64,000 nucleotides of DNA, from assembly GCA_944387405.1 (NCBI GenBank), contig CALXET010000003.1, positions 143,758 through 207,757 on the forward strand, in the 5' to 3' direction. Of this stretch, positions 8,608 to 18,495 are shown one piece after another (the stretch's first letter is position 1; every line of letters begins with the position of its first letter). This DNA comes from an uncultured Clostridia bacterium. GTDB lineage: Bacteria > Bacillota > Clostridia > TANB77 > CAG-508. The notes beneath the pieces are model-generated. The model was not told where the DNA came from, did not search any database, and worked only from the letters and a program-made list of their open reading frames with translations. Made by a program: the position numbers and the translations under genes.

Positions 8608-9915
8608 TTATTTTGTCATAACTGCTAAAATTGCACTTCCTTTACTAAACATCTTTTTACCTATCATATAAGATTCAATTATATTTTTTGAAGCTCCATT
8701 TATTTTTGACTCATCATTTGTATAAATATACGCAATAGTATCTCCTTCTTTAATGTAATCATCCATTTTCTTTTCTAGTACTATACCTGATGTATAATCC
8801 ATTTCGTCTGATGCAGTTTTTCTTCCAGCACCTAGATATATAGCAATATTTCCTATTCTCTCTGCATCTAGCATTTGAACATATCCAGAATAAGGTGATT
8901 TTACTTCGAATTTATATTTTGCCTCTCCTAGTTTTGAATAATCTTCAATAAAAGATATATCTCCACCTTGTATTTCAATAAGTTTTTTAAATTTCTCGAG
9001 TGCTTTTCCTGATTTAATTGCTTCATCTATCATTTTTTTTGCATCTTTTTCATTTTTTGCTATACCATACATTAATATCATTTGACTTCCCACAGTATAA
9101 ACAACTTCTTTTACATCTTTTTCAAAGTTTCCTTTTAAAGCCTCTACAGCTTCTATTACCTCTAATGAATTACCAATACTCTTTCCTTGTGGTTCATACA
9201 TTTTTGATATGACGCACCTTACTTCTTTTCCAGCTAATTTTCCCGAATCCATTAATAATCTTGCAAGTATTCTAGCATCTTTATAATTTTTGATTGAAGA
9301 GCCATATCCACATTCGATATTTATTAGTAATTTATTTGCTCCAGATGCTATTTTTCTACTCATTACACTTGCAGCAACTAAATTTAAATTATCCATGCAA
9401 TCAATTTTTCTTCTTAAATCATATAGTCTTTTCTCTGCTGGTGCTATATCTAATAAATTAGTAGTTACACTAATTTTTTCATCTTTTAGATTATCCTTAT
9501 ATTCTTCAATTGTTATATCTGATCTAAATCCAGGAATTGATAATAGTTTGTCTCCTGTACTTCCACCAAGTCCAATTCCTTTTGATGTAAGCTTTCCAGC
9601 AGGAATATCTAAAGATGCAAGTATAGGAAGAAGTATTAATGTTACTTTATCTCCAACTCCTCCTATAGAATATTTTTCCACAAAGTTTTCTGAAACCTCT
9701 GACATGTCAATCTGATCACCAGACTCAGCCATTGCTATAGTTAAATCTTTTATTTCTTCTTTTGTAAGTCCATTTATACACATTGCCATTACAAGTCCAG
9801 TAGCTTGATAATCTTCTATATTTCCTTTTCCATATTCTTTAACAAAGTATTCTATTTCTTCTTTTGTCAATATTCCTTTTTTTCGTTTCTTCGTTAGTAA
9901 ACTAATAATATTCAT
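8608..9915 (-). CDS. pdp: Pyrimidine-nucleoside (thymidine) phosphorylase
   Basis: 435 aa. It has the glycosyl transferase family 3 layout, the N-terminal LTKEEIEYFV...ATGLVMAMCINGLT and the SIGGVGDKVTL phosphate-binding motif. Confidence 0.9.
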   Translation of the reverse strand: MNIISLLTKKRKKGILTKEEIEYFVKEYGKGNIEDYQATGLVMAMCINGLTKEEIKDLTIAMAESGDQIDMSEVSENFVEKYSIGGVGDKVTLILLPILASLDIPAGKLTSKGIGLGGSTGDKLLSIPGFRSDITIEEYKDNLKDEKISVTTNLLDIAPAEKRLYDLRRKIDCMDNLNLVAASVMSRKIASGANKLLINIECGYGSSIKNYKDARILARLLMDSGKLAGKEVRCVISKMYEPQGKSIGNSLEVIEAVEALKGNFEKDVKEVVYTVGSQMILMYGIAKNEKDAKKMIDEAIKSGKALEKFKKLIEIQGGDISFIEDYSKLGEAKYKFEVKSPYSGYVQMLDAERIGNIAIYLGAGRKTASDEMDYTSGIVLEKKMDDYIKEGDTIAYIYTNDESKINGASKNIIESYMIGKKMFSKGSAILAVMTK

Positions 9916-9939
9916 ATTAGAAACCCTTTCTCTATAATT

Positions 9940-10572
9940 TTATTTATTTATAAAATTTTTAATAAAAGTTTTTCTATGTAACATACATGGTCCATATTCT
10001 TTGATAGCTTCAATATGTTTTTTTGTACCGTATCCTTTATGTCCTTTAAATCCATACTCCGGAAACACTTCATCCCACTGCCTCATTATCCTATCTCTTG
10101 TAACTTTTGCTATTATTGATGCTGCAGCAATACTATATTCCTTAGCGTCTCCTTTTATTATAGATTTATAAGGAATTCCTAAAGTATCTATATTTGTAAG
10201 TGCATCAACTAATATTAAATCAGGTTTAACTTTAAGTGAAGATATTGCCATTGTAACAGCCTCTTTTGTAGCATTTAATATATTTATTTCATCTATTCTG
10301 TTTTGATCTACTATTCCTACTCCCCATGCAATAGCTTCATTTGTTATTTCATCATATAATTTTTCTCTTTTCTTTTCAGAAACTTTTTTTGAGTCATTAA
10401 CGCCTTCAATCATTGAGTCTTTAGGCATTATTACTACGCCCACAACAACAGGACCAGCTAATGGACCTCTACCTGCTTCATCTATTCCTGCTATATATTC
10501 AATATTCTTTTCATGTAATTTTTCTTCATCTGCCTTTAATAATTTTAATCTTTCTTCTTCTTTTTCTTTCAT
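9940..10572 (-). CDS. rnhB: Ribonuclease HII
   Basis: 210 aa. The catalytic motif GIDEAGRGPLAGPVVVGVV and the DSK...E residues are present. Confidence 0.9.
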   Translation of the reverse strand: MKEKEEERLKLLKADEEKLHEKNIEYIAGIDEAGRGPLAGPVVVGVVIMPKDSMIEGVNDSKKVSEKKREKLYDEITNEAIAWGVGIVDQNRIDEINILNATKEAVTMAISSLKVKPDLILVDALTNIDTLGIPYKSIIKGDAKEYSIAAASIIAKVTRDRIMRQWDEVFPEYGFKGHKGYGTKKHIEAIKEYGPCMLHRKTFIKNFINK

Positions 10573-10573
10573 T

Positions 10574-11053
10574 TTATGACTCCAAATCTTTTAATTTTCC
10601 TAAAGTATAATACATATTTCCATTTGTACTTTCATATCCTCCTGAATAATATACATCAATTGGATCAATATCTTCTTTATCTACCCCTTCTTCGCTATTT
10701 TCTTCTGTTAAATCATATTTAACACAATAATAATATTCATCTGTTGGAGTAAAATCTATTCCCATACTCTTCATATCTTCACTACTTAGTTTATACCATT
10801 TTTCATTTCTTATTTCATCGCCTTCATTTAAAGTAACTTCTTGTCCTAATAATTTTGAACCCTTGTATAAATGTTCATTATATATTTCTTCTGCTTTTGC
10901 TTGTATTAATTGCATTTGAGAAACTCTATCTGCAAGCTCTGTCTTTTTCCTTAAATTACTACCTGCAGTCATCGCAATACTTGCTACTACAACCATTACG
11001 ATTACAGTAATTATAAGCATTGCCATAGTAACGCCTTTTTCATTTCTTAACAT
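10574..11053 (-). CDS. Hypothetical protein with a prepilin-like N-terminal hydrophobic segment
   Basis: 159 aa. NEKG-VTMAMLIITVIVMVVVASIA resembles a class III (type IV pilin) leader but lacks the conserved Phe at +1 and Glu at +5. It is immediately upstream of rnhB. Confidence 0.3.
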   Translation of the reverse strand: MLRNEKGVTMAMLIITVIVMVVVASIAMTAGSNLRKKTELADRVSQMQLIQAKAEEIYNEHLYKGSKLLGQEVTLNEGDEIRNEKWYKLSSEDMKSMGIDFTPTDEYYYCVKYDLTEENSEEGVDKEDIDPIDVYYSGGYESTNGNMYYTLGKLKDLES

Positions 11054-11400
11054 CTTAATCCTCCGTACTTTACTTTTTATCTTTTATTTTATCTTTTATT
11101 TAAGTTATATTTAACATTATAATTGTATTATATATTTACATTATGATTTTTTCAACAAAAAAACACTTTATAATTTAATTTTTTAAACTTAATTATTTTA
11201 CTCGTATTTTTATCGTTTTTAATTAAATTTATTTACAATTTTTAATATAATTTTAATTTTACAAATATTATAATTAAATTATAGAAAAAATTATTTATTA
11301 ATTTATTAATTTTAATTTTATTTTATTTTTGTATATGATATTATTTATAATATAGATTATAATATTGTATAAAAATATTATTTAAATTCTTAAGGAGGAT

Positions 11401-12708
11401 ATGAATAAAATGGATAATGATTCAAACAATAAAGAAGTAAAAGATGATGTTTTTGTAAATTCAAGTTCAGATAACGGATTTCAAAAAGTAAAAATGTCAG
11501 ATAAAAAGAAAAAATCAGTAAATTCATATTATTCTGGAAAGCCAAAAAGTGGATTTATTAAAAGCGTTTTTGTTCCATTTGTAAGTGGTATTGTTGGAGC
11601 ATCTCTAGTTCTTGGAATTTGCCTTTACGTTCCAGCAGTAAATGAAAAAGTATTTAATAAATCTACTTCAGGAGATAATAAAAGTGCTGTAATCAATTAT
11701 CAAGCTGGTAAAGTTTCAAACAGTGTAAATTTAGCCGATTATTCAAATACTGCAATATCTGTTGCAAACAAGGTATTACCTTCTGTTGTTAGTATAGAAA
11801 TTGAATATACTGTAAGTTCTCCATCATTTTATGGAAGAGGAACTAATTCGTCAACTTCTGTAGCTTCAGGATCTGGTGTAATAATCACAACTGATGGTTA
11901 TATTTTAACTAATAATCATGTAGTAAGTGAAGATTCTTCTAATTCATACTATCAAGTATCTACTGCAAATAAGATAACTGTACATTTATATAATGATGAT
12001 AAATCTTATGAAGCTCAAATAGTTGGAACAGACGATGTTACTGATTTAGCTGTTTTAAAAATTGATGCTACAAATTTAACTGCAGCCGAACTTGGGGACT
12101 CTTCAGAACTTTCAGTAGGTGAATTTGTAATGGCAGTTGGTAATCCATTAGATATGAACAATACAGTTACAGCAGGAATTGTAAGTGCTTTAAATCGTGA
12201 AATTACTGATGAAAACAATACAACTTATAACTTAATTCAAACTGATGCAGCTATTAATGCTGGTAATAGTGGTGGTGCTCTAGTAAATGCTGATGGTAAA
12301 GTTATAGGAATAAATACTTTAAAATTATATGGTACTTCAGTTGAAGGAATGGGATTTGCTATTCCAATAAATGATACTTTAGATATTATTGATCAATTAA
12401 TTACTTTTAATAAAGTAAAAAGACCTTATATAGGAATTTCAGGAAGTGATATTTCTGAAGAATACTCAAAATACTACGACCTTCCACAAGGTGTATATGT
12501 TAATAGTGTTGAAAAAGATGGTCCTGCTGAAGCTGCTGGATTAAAAACTGGAGATATTATTACTAAATTAAATGATACAGAAGTTAAGAATATGACAGAA
12601 CTTACAAAAGCAAAAAATGAATGTAAAATTGGAGATACTGTTTCTATTACAATCAATAGAAATGGCAAAAACCAAACTCTTACATTAACTTTAGGTGAAA
12701 CACCTTAA
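11401..12708 (+). CDS. htrA: HtrA/DegP-family serine protease with a C-terminal PDZ domain
   Basis: 435 aa. The catalytic triad contexts are TNNHVV (His), DLAVLKI (Asp) and GNSGGALVN (Ser). There is an N-terminal TM anchor and a C-terminal PDZ-like domain. The RBS AAGGAGGA lies directly upstream of the ATG at 11401. Confidence 0.9.
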   Translation: MNKMDNDSNNKEVKDDVFVNSSSDNGFQKVKMSDKKKKSVNSYYSGKPKSGFIKSVFVPFVSGIVGASLVLGICLYVPAVNEKVFNKSTSGDNKSAVINYQAGKVSNSVNLADYSNTAISVANKVLPSVVSIEIEYTVSSPSFYGRGTNSSTSVASGSGVIITTDGYILTNNHVVSEDSSNSYYQVSTANKITVHLYNDDKSYEAQIVGTDDVTDLAVLKIDATNLTAAELGDSSELSVGEFVMAVGNPLDMNNTVTAGIVSALNREITDENNTTYNLIQTDAAINAGNSGGALVNADGKVIGINTLKLYGTSVEGMGFAIPINDTLDIIDQLITFNKVKRPYIGISGSDISEEYSKYYDLPQGVYVNSVEKDGPAEAAGLKTGDIITKLNDTEVKNMTELTKAKNECKIGDTVSITINRNGKNQTLTLTLGETP

Positions 12709-12746
12709 TAAATCAAATATATTTTTAATTTATTATTAATCAAAAT

Positions 12747-12774
12747 AAAAGCTGATATTTAAATATCAGCTTTT
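12747..12774. terminator. Bidirectional intrinsic terminator (aaaagctgatattt / aaatatcagctttt) with flanking T-runs
   Basis: A perfect 14-nt inverted repeat is followed by TTTTTATTTT. It lies between the convergent htrA (+) and the membrane protein gene (-). Confidence 0.6.
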
Positions 12775-12862
12775 TATTTTTTCTATATTATATTATTTTT
12801 TATTTTATTTTATTCTATTCTATTTTATTATATTATATTTTATTTTTTTATTTGTTTTTTAT

Positions 12863-14140
12863 TTAAATTTTTAGAGTTCTCTTTCCTTCTACTATATTAT
12901 CAGACTTAACCTTATAAATTGCTTTATCTTTATAGAAAAATGCAAACACTATAGAACTTATAGGAATTACAAATACTATTCCAATGAAACATGATATCAA
13001 ACTCATTATTACTGGACTAACTATTCCAGAATTAATTAAGTCAATAAAACTTGATGAAGATTTCATTGAAAAGACTATTGATGTTAAAAGAGTTCCTAAA
13101 TAAACAAATAATAAAGTATATAAAATGTTACCTATCTCTTCTCTTCCTATTTCCATTCCGTTTTTAAATAAGTCTTTTAATCCCATCGTTGGATTTTCTA
13201 TCTTTATTCTGCCTAGATTATTTACTATTTTTAATGATAAACTTATGCATCCACCAAGAGCAGCTATTAATGTTCCAGAAACATATAAACTCATCATATT
13301 AATTCCTTCATCCATTTTGAATAATGACATAAAGTACATTGTAAGATCTCCATCTAATCTTGCAAAATACCATACTAATAACATAAGTCCTGTAGCAATT
13401 ACTATTCCGCTACCTGTCCCTATAATTCCAGATAAAGCCATTTTATTTAATCCTATATTAATAAAGAATATAAGCGCTGTTATGACTATTGCTGTAATTA
13501 AAGAAAATAATATTGCATTATATCCTTTTGAAACATTAAGTCCATATATTAAATAGATTGCTAAAAATATTATTGCTAAACATATTATAGGTTTTATAGC
13601 TTTTTTTCTGCATATAGCTATAATGCTAATTAAAAATATTGCTAAAAGTCCTAACAAATAATATTGTCTTACATAATCTCCAACTTGTATATTTGAAATT
13701 TCTCCATCCTTTTCTATATATCTAATATATACAATATCACCCTCATTTAACTTTCTTTCGTCTTTTTTGTTAATAGAATCATATTCTATTTTCTTTGTTG
13801 TTTCTACTTTTTCTTCTTTTCTATTTCCATCTAATATTCTTAATGTCAAGTCTTGATATTTTCCATTTATCCCATTTTCTTCTTTTTCGTAAACATCCCC
13901 TGCTTCTATAATTTTTGCCCTAACATTTACTGAATTTTCATTAGATTCAAATATAAAAGTAGATTCTTTATTATCATTTTCATTATTTTCTTTATCTTTT
14001 GTTTCTTCTTTTTCTTGTGACTTAGAACTCTCCTCTTTTTTATCTTCCTCTTTCTCATTTGCTGCATATGCTTGACCAATAAATATTTGTAATATTATCA
14101 ATACTATTACTAATATCTTGGAAAATGTCTTGGTTTTCAC
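12863..14140 (-). CDS. Polytopic membrane protein with an N-terminal signal peptide and an acidic extracellular domain (YibE/F-like topology)
   Basis: 425 aa. The signal peptide ends at AYA-AN. A Lys/Glu-rich soluble segment follows, then about 8 predicted TM helices. No catalytic motif was recognised. Confidence 0.35.
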   Translation of the reverse strand: MKTKTFSKILVIVLIILQIFIGQAYAANEKEEDKKEESSKSQEKEETKDKENNENDNKESTFIFESNENSVNVRAKIIEAGDVYEKEENGINGKYQDLTLRILDGNRKEEKVETTKKIEYDSINKKDERKLNEGDIVYIRYIEKDGEISNIQVGDYVRQYYLLGLLAIFLISIIAICRKKAIKPIICLAIIFLAIYLIYGLNVSKGYNAILFSLITAIVITALIFFINIGLNKMALSGIIGTGSGIVIATGLMLLVWYFARLDGDLTMYFMSLFKMDEGINMMSLYVSGTLIAALGGCISLSLKIVNNLGRIKIENPTMGLKDLFKNGMEIGREEIGNILYTLLFVYLGTLLTSIVFSMKSSSSFIDLINSGIVSPVIMSLISCFIGIVFVIPISSIVFAFFYKDKAIYKVKSDNIVEGKRTLKI

Positions 14141-14159
14141 TTCTTTTCCTCCTTAAATT

Positions 14160-15014
14160 TTAGTATACTAATACATCTAGTTTTGTATCATAATTATAAA
14201 TAATATATATATCGCTTTCATTCGAAACTAGAAAGTTATTTGTGTTTTCTATCTTATACATATCACTATTTAAGTCTCTCACTACAGATGCATATCCTGT
14301 TTCAGCCTCTTTTTCATTTAAAGCTTTTAGTTTATTATTAATATCTATTTGTACATTATCTGGAGTTAATCCTTTTGCATTCATTACATCACTTAATGTT
14401 ACACTTGTCTGTTTTGATAAATTATAATTATATGTTTTTAATATTATAGTTTGATTAGCATTATCCCCTTGTTTATAATGAGTTGCTTTAATTGCTAAAG
14501 ATAATAGATCTCCATTTACATATGAAATATAATCTACTGTATATACTGTATATAGCTCTGTACTTCCTTTAATTTTGGCAATTTCATCACTGAAAGTTTT
14601 AGCTATATCATCATTCATTGATTTTGCAGTATCATTATTAATATTGATAACTGGAATTTGAGCATTTATATTATATAACCCTTCTGAATTTTCTACTACA
14701 TCTTCACTTGTATACACAAGAGCTTGGCTTTCATCAATTTTACTCACTCCAATTTCTGTTTGACCTATTAATTGATTTGTAAATATAGTATCAAAACTAC
14801 TAGCTAACTTATCCTTTTCTTCCTCTTCTTTTGCATTTGCCACAGCACCAAGCATAAATGGATCAGCATCTGAATATTTATAAAAAAATTGTGCATATAT
14901 ACCGACACATATTGAAAGCACACATAATAGTGCAACAATTACTAAAAATAAAGTTCTATTAAGTCCTAAAACTTTATCTGATTCATTCTTTGGATTATTA
15001 ATATTTGTATCCAT
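14160..15014 (-). CDS. Membrane-anchored hypothetical protein (single N-terminal TM helix, extracellular domain)
   Basis: 284 aa. TM helix LFLVIVALLCVLSICVGIYAQFF. The overall layout resembles DUF3298/DUF4163-type extracytoplasmic proteins but has no cytoplasmic anti-sigma domain. Confidence 0.3.
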   Translation of the reverse strand: MDTNINNPKNESDKVLGLNRTLFLVIVALLCVLSICVGIYAQFFYKYSDADPFMLGAVANAKEEEEKDKLASSFDTIFTNQLIGQTEIGVSKIDESQALVYTSEDVVENSEGLYNINAQIPVININNDTAKSMNDDIAKTFSDEIAKIKGSTELYTVYTVDYISYVNGDLLSLAIKATHYKQGDNANQTIILKTYNYNLSKQTSVTLSDVMNAKGLTPDNVQIDINNKLKALNEKEAETGYASVVRDLNSDMYKIENTNNFLVSNESDIYIIYNYDTKLDVLVY

Positions 15015-15133
15015 ATTTATAGTCCTTTCTTCTCATTTGTACTCATAAAATTTTAATTTATTATATCATTGTTAATAAATAATTTCAAACCTTAATTTTT
15101 ATTAAAAAATGAATAGTTTAGAAGTTTTTGTTA

Positions 15134-15162
15134 TTGACTATTAAACACTTTTGATGTATTAT
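15134..15162 (+). promoter_or_regulatory. Sigma-A-type promoter for clpE (TTGACT, 17-nt spacer, TATTAT)
   Basis: TTGACT at 15134-15139, a 17-nt spacer, TATTAT at 15157-15162, about 60 nt upstream of the clpE start. No convincing CtsR heptad repeat was seen. Confidence 0.4.
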
Positions 15163-15219
15163 ATTATGTACGAAAAAAAGGTTTTTCGTAAGTTTAATTT
15201 AAGGAGTGTAAAAAAATAT

Positions 15220-17640
15220 ATGTTATGTTCAGTATGTAATAAAAACACAGCAGTTATTTTTATTAATAAAATAGAGAACAATAAAAGTAAAGTCGAAGGT
15301 CTTTGCTATAATTGTGCTAAAGAAAAAGGCATCAATCCTCTAGAAGTTCTTGCAAAACAAGCTCATTTATCTGACGAAGAATTAAATGATATGTCAGAAC
15401 AACTAGAAAATATATTTAATGATATTTCTGAAAATTTATCTGAAGAAGATTTGGAGAATTTCGATAAAAAAGATCCTTCAATTGGGCCATTTTTAAATTC
15501 AATATTCGGATTTAATAGTACAAACAATCAAGACTCAACTTCAGCAGAATCTGCTTCAGATCAATCTAGAGAAAGGAAAAAAGTAAAAACAGAAAAAAGA
15601 CCTAAAGATAAAAAGAAAAAATTTTTAGATTCTTTTGGTACTAACCTTACAGAAAAAGCATCTCAAGGTAAATTAGATAAAGTTATTGGTAGAAATAAAG
15701 AAATTGAAAGAATTACACAAATATTAAATAGACGTTCTAAAAATAATCCTTGTTTAATTGGTGAACCTGGAGTTGGTAAAACTGCAATTGCACAAGGTTT
15801 AGCAATTAGGATTGCTGAAGGCAAAGTTCCTGCTAAATTACTTAATAAAGAAGTTTATCTTTTAGATATGACTAGTATTATAGCTGGAACACAATTTAGA
15901 GGTCAATTTGAAGCTAGAATGAAATCTTTAATAGATGAATGTAAAACTTATGGAAATATCATTTTAGTAATAGACGAGATTCATAATATTATAGGTGCAG
16001 GTGATGCAGAACATTCTATGAATGCTGCAAACATTTTAAAGCCTTCTCTTTCAAATGGTGAAGTTCAAATTATAGGTACTACAACATTAAAAGAATATAG
16101 AAAATACATAGAGAAAGATTCAGCTTTAGAAAGAAGATTTCAACCAGTTTTAGTTGAAGAACCTGATATTAATGAAACAATAGAAATAATAAAAGGAATA
16201 AAAAAATATTATGAAGATTTTCATAAAGTTTTAATTTCTAATGACGTTATTGAAAAAACAGTAAAAATGTCTGAGAAATACATTCATGACAGATTTTTAC
16301 CAGATAAAGCAATAGATTTAATAGATGAGGCTTGTTCAAGAATTAATTTAAATAACAAAGAATTATATGAAATTCAGATAATAAAAAATAAACTTGCAAA
16401 AATAGCAGAAGAAAAAGAAGAAGCTGTTTCTTCTGATTCAATTGAAGATTATCAAAAAGCAGCTGATTTAAAAACTAAAGAATGCAATTTGAATGATAGA
16501 TTAACAGAACTTACAGAAAATTTAAAACTAACAGAACTTACTGTTCAAGATATAGCAGAAGTTATTGAAAGTTGGACTAAAATTCCTGTTACAAAAATAA
16601 CTGAAGCTGAAACACAAAAATTATTAAATCTAGAAACAAATCTACATAAGAGAATAATCGGACAAAATGAAGCTGTATCTGCTGTTGCAAAAGCAATTAG
16701 AAGAAATCGTGCAGGACTTCAAAGCACAAAACGTCCACCTTCATTTATATTTGTTGGACCTACTGGTGTTGGTAAAACAGAACTTGCAAAAGCTTTAGCA
16801 TATGAAATGTTTGGTGATGAAGATTCAATAATTAGAATAGATATGTCTGAATATATGGAGAGTCACTCTACTTCTAAATTAATTGGTTCTCCTCCAGGAT
16901 ATGTAGGATATGATGATGCAGGTCAATTAACTGAAAAAGTTAAAAGAAAACCTTATTCAATTATCCTTTTAGACGAGATTGAAAAAGCTCATCCAGATGT
17001 ATTTAATATTTTATTGCAAGTATTAGATGATGGTAAATTAACAGATTCTCAAGGTAATACTACAAACTTTGAAAACACTATAATTATTATGACTTCTAAT
17101 GCTGGTTCAAATTTAAATACAAATTCAATTGGATTTGCTAAAGATACTGTAAGTAAAAATAAAATTAATGATGCTCTAAAAGAATTATTTAGACCTGAAT
17201 TTTTAAATAGAGTTGATGAAATTGTAACATTTGATAGCTTAACTAAAGATGATTTATTACAAATTGTTGATTTATTATTAAAGAATACTGAAGAAGCTCT
17301 TGATAATAAAGAAATCAAATTTCAAATTTCAAAAGCTGCTAAATTATATATTCTTGAAAAAGGTACAGATTTAAAATATGGTGCTAGACCTTTAAGAAGA
17401 GCTATTCAACGTTATATCGAAGATGAAATATCTGATATGATATTAAGATCAGAAGTTTCTGCTGGTGATACAATATGTGTAGATTTTAAGAAAGATAATC
17501 TAACATTTAAAGTAAAAAAGAATGTAGATATAAAAAGACCTACTAGAAAAGAAACATTAAAAGAAATGGTAAAAGAAGAAAATAAAAAGAATTTAGAAGT
17601 TCAAGAAAAATTAGAAGATAAAGAAACTAAAAATAAATAA
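15220..17640 (+). CDS. clpE: ATP-dependent Clp protease ATP-binding subunit ClpE (N-terminal zinc finger, two AAA+ modules)
   Basis: The likely start is the ATG at 15220, 9 nt after the RBS AGGAGTG. The track ORF begins upstream at 15151. The N-terminal C4 zinc finger is CSVCNK...CYNCAK, which marks ClpE rather than ClpC. D1 has GEPGVGKT and D2 has GPTGVGKT. The linker is LKTKECNL...LTEL. Confidence 0.8.
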   Translation: MLCSVCNKNTAVIFINKIENNKSKVEGLCYNCAKEKGINPLEVLAKQAHLSDEELNDMSEQLENIFNDISENLSEEDLENFDKKDPSIGPFLNSIFGFNSTNNQDSTSAESASDQSRERKKVKTEKRPKDKKKKFLDSFGTNLTEKASQGKLDKVIGRNKEIERITQILNRRSKNNPCLIGEPGVGKTAIAQGLAIRIAEGKVPAKLLNKEVYLLDMTSIIAGTQFRGQFEARMKSLIDECKTYGNIILVIDEIHNIIGAGDAEHSMNAANILKPSLSNGEVQIIGTTTLKEYRKYIEKDSALERRFQPVLVEEPDINETIEIIKGIKKYYEDFHKVLISNDVIEKTVKMSEKYIHDRFLPDKAIDLIDEACSRINLNNKELYEIQIIKNKLAKIAEEKEEAVSSDSIEDYQKAADLKTKECNLNDRLTELTENLKLTELTVQDIAEVIESWTKIPVTKITEAETQKLLNLETNLHKRIIGQNEAVSAVAKAIRRNRAGLQSTKRPPSFIFVGPTGVGKTELAKALAYEMFGDEDSIIRIDMSEYMESHSTSKLIGSPPGYVGYDDAGQLTEKVKRKPYSIILLDEIEKAHPDVFNILLQVLDDGKLTDSQGNTTNFENTIIIMTSNAGSNLNTNSIGFAKDTVSKNKINDALKELFRPEFLNRVDEIVTFDSLTKDDLLQIVDLLLKNTEEALDNKEIKFQISKAAKLYILEKGTDLKYGARPLRRAIQRYIEDEISDMILRSEVSAGDTICVDFKKDNLTFKVKKNVDIKRPTRKETLKEMVKEENKKNLEVQEKLEDKETKNK

Positions 17641-17704
17641 AATTATTTATACTTTAAATAACTAATTTAATTAATTAAATAACTGCAAAAAATAAGAAAA
17701 AAAT

Positions 17705-17729
17705 AAATGTAGCTTTGCTACATTTATTT
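17705..17729 (+). terminator. Intrinsic terminator after clpE (aaatgtagc-ttt-gctacattt, then a T-run)
   Basis: A 9-bp perfect stem is followed by TTATTTTTTATTT. Confidence 0.6.
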
Positions 17730-17843
17730 TTTATTTCTATTTAATTTAATTTTTATTTTATTTAATTTCTATTTTATTTTTTTGTTTCTATCCTGTTTTT
17801 ATCTTATTTTTATTTTCATATTATCATAATATTATTAAATATT

Positions 17844-18423
17844 TTACTCATAATTTTCAAGAAGAGCATTCAAATTTGAATATCCCTCTACATTAATTCC
17901 TTTATATAGTTCCTCTCTATCTTCATCAGTTAAATATTCTATATCTATATCTGTTTTATCATATAATTTTTTTTCATTATTTTCATTCAAGTTATAAATT
18001 ACAATATAACCATTCTCAACTCCGCACTAAATAATGCTCATTACATATTCCATCAAATTCTTTAAACAAAGATATTTTATTTTCAGAAAACTCAACAATT
18101 CTCCATCCAGCATATTGTTTTTCTAGTTCTTCTTTTGTTAAATTAATCATATCATATGGAACATCTACTGAACTTGTAATTGTATGTTTGCATTTTTTAT
18201 AATACTTATTTAGTATTATCGTAGCCGAATGTGAAATCTTCTTTTCTTCAGACGAAGTCTCTAAAGTAGTTTCATTAACTTCATTTACAATATTTTCTTC
18301 TACCCTATTATTTATAGAAATAGAATTATTGTTATCCCCTTCTGGAATAATAAATTTATAAATCAAAAAAATAAAAATTAAACATATTGAAAAAAAACAT
18401 GTTACAATAAAAAACTTTTTCAT
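17844..18423 (-). pseudogene. Frameshifted gene for a small membrane-anchored protein (the 135-aa ORF plus about 60 codons in the +1 frame)
   Basis: The ORF at 18016-18423 ends in ...CNEHYLVRS*. The adjacent +1 frame stays open for 60 codons with a protein-like sequence (VENGYIVIYNLNENNEKKLYDKTDIDIEYLTDEDREELYKGINVEGYSNLNALLENYE) to the TAA at 17844-17846. That frame has no start codon. An open stretch of 60 codons by chance at about 75% AT is unlikely (roughly 0.4%). Confidence 0.4.
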
Positions 18424-18495
18424 AATACCAATCCTCTTTTTTCTTATTATTGGTATTATTTTCTTTTATTATTCATTTTATTATTATTATTTTTT

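Noticed and set aside
12776-12862. AT-rich low-complexity repeat stretches (also 17731-17830 and 11054-11400), examined as possible CRISPR arrays, iterons or minisatellites
   Set aside because: There is no regular repeat-spacer periodicity. These are just T/A homopolymeric low-complexity intergenic DNA typical of this genome.
14160-15014. Considered an anti-sigma-V RsiV assignment for the 284-aa membrane-anchored protein
   Set aside because: Its cytoplasmic N-terminus is only about 18 aa, too short for an anti-sigma domain, and there is no cognate ECF sigma gene adjacent.
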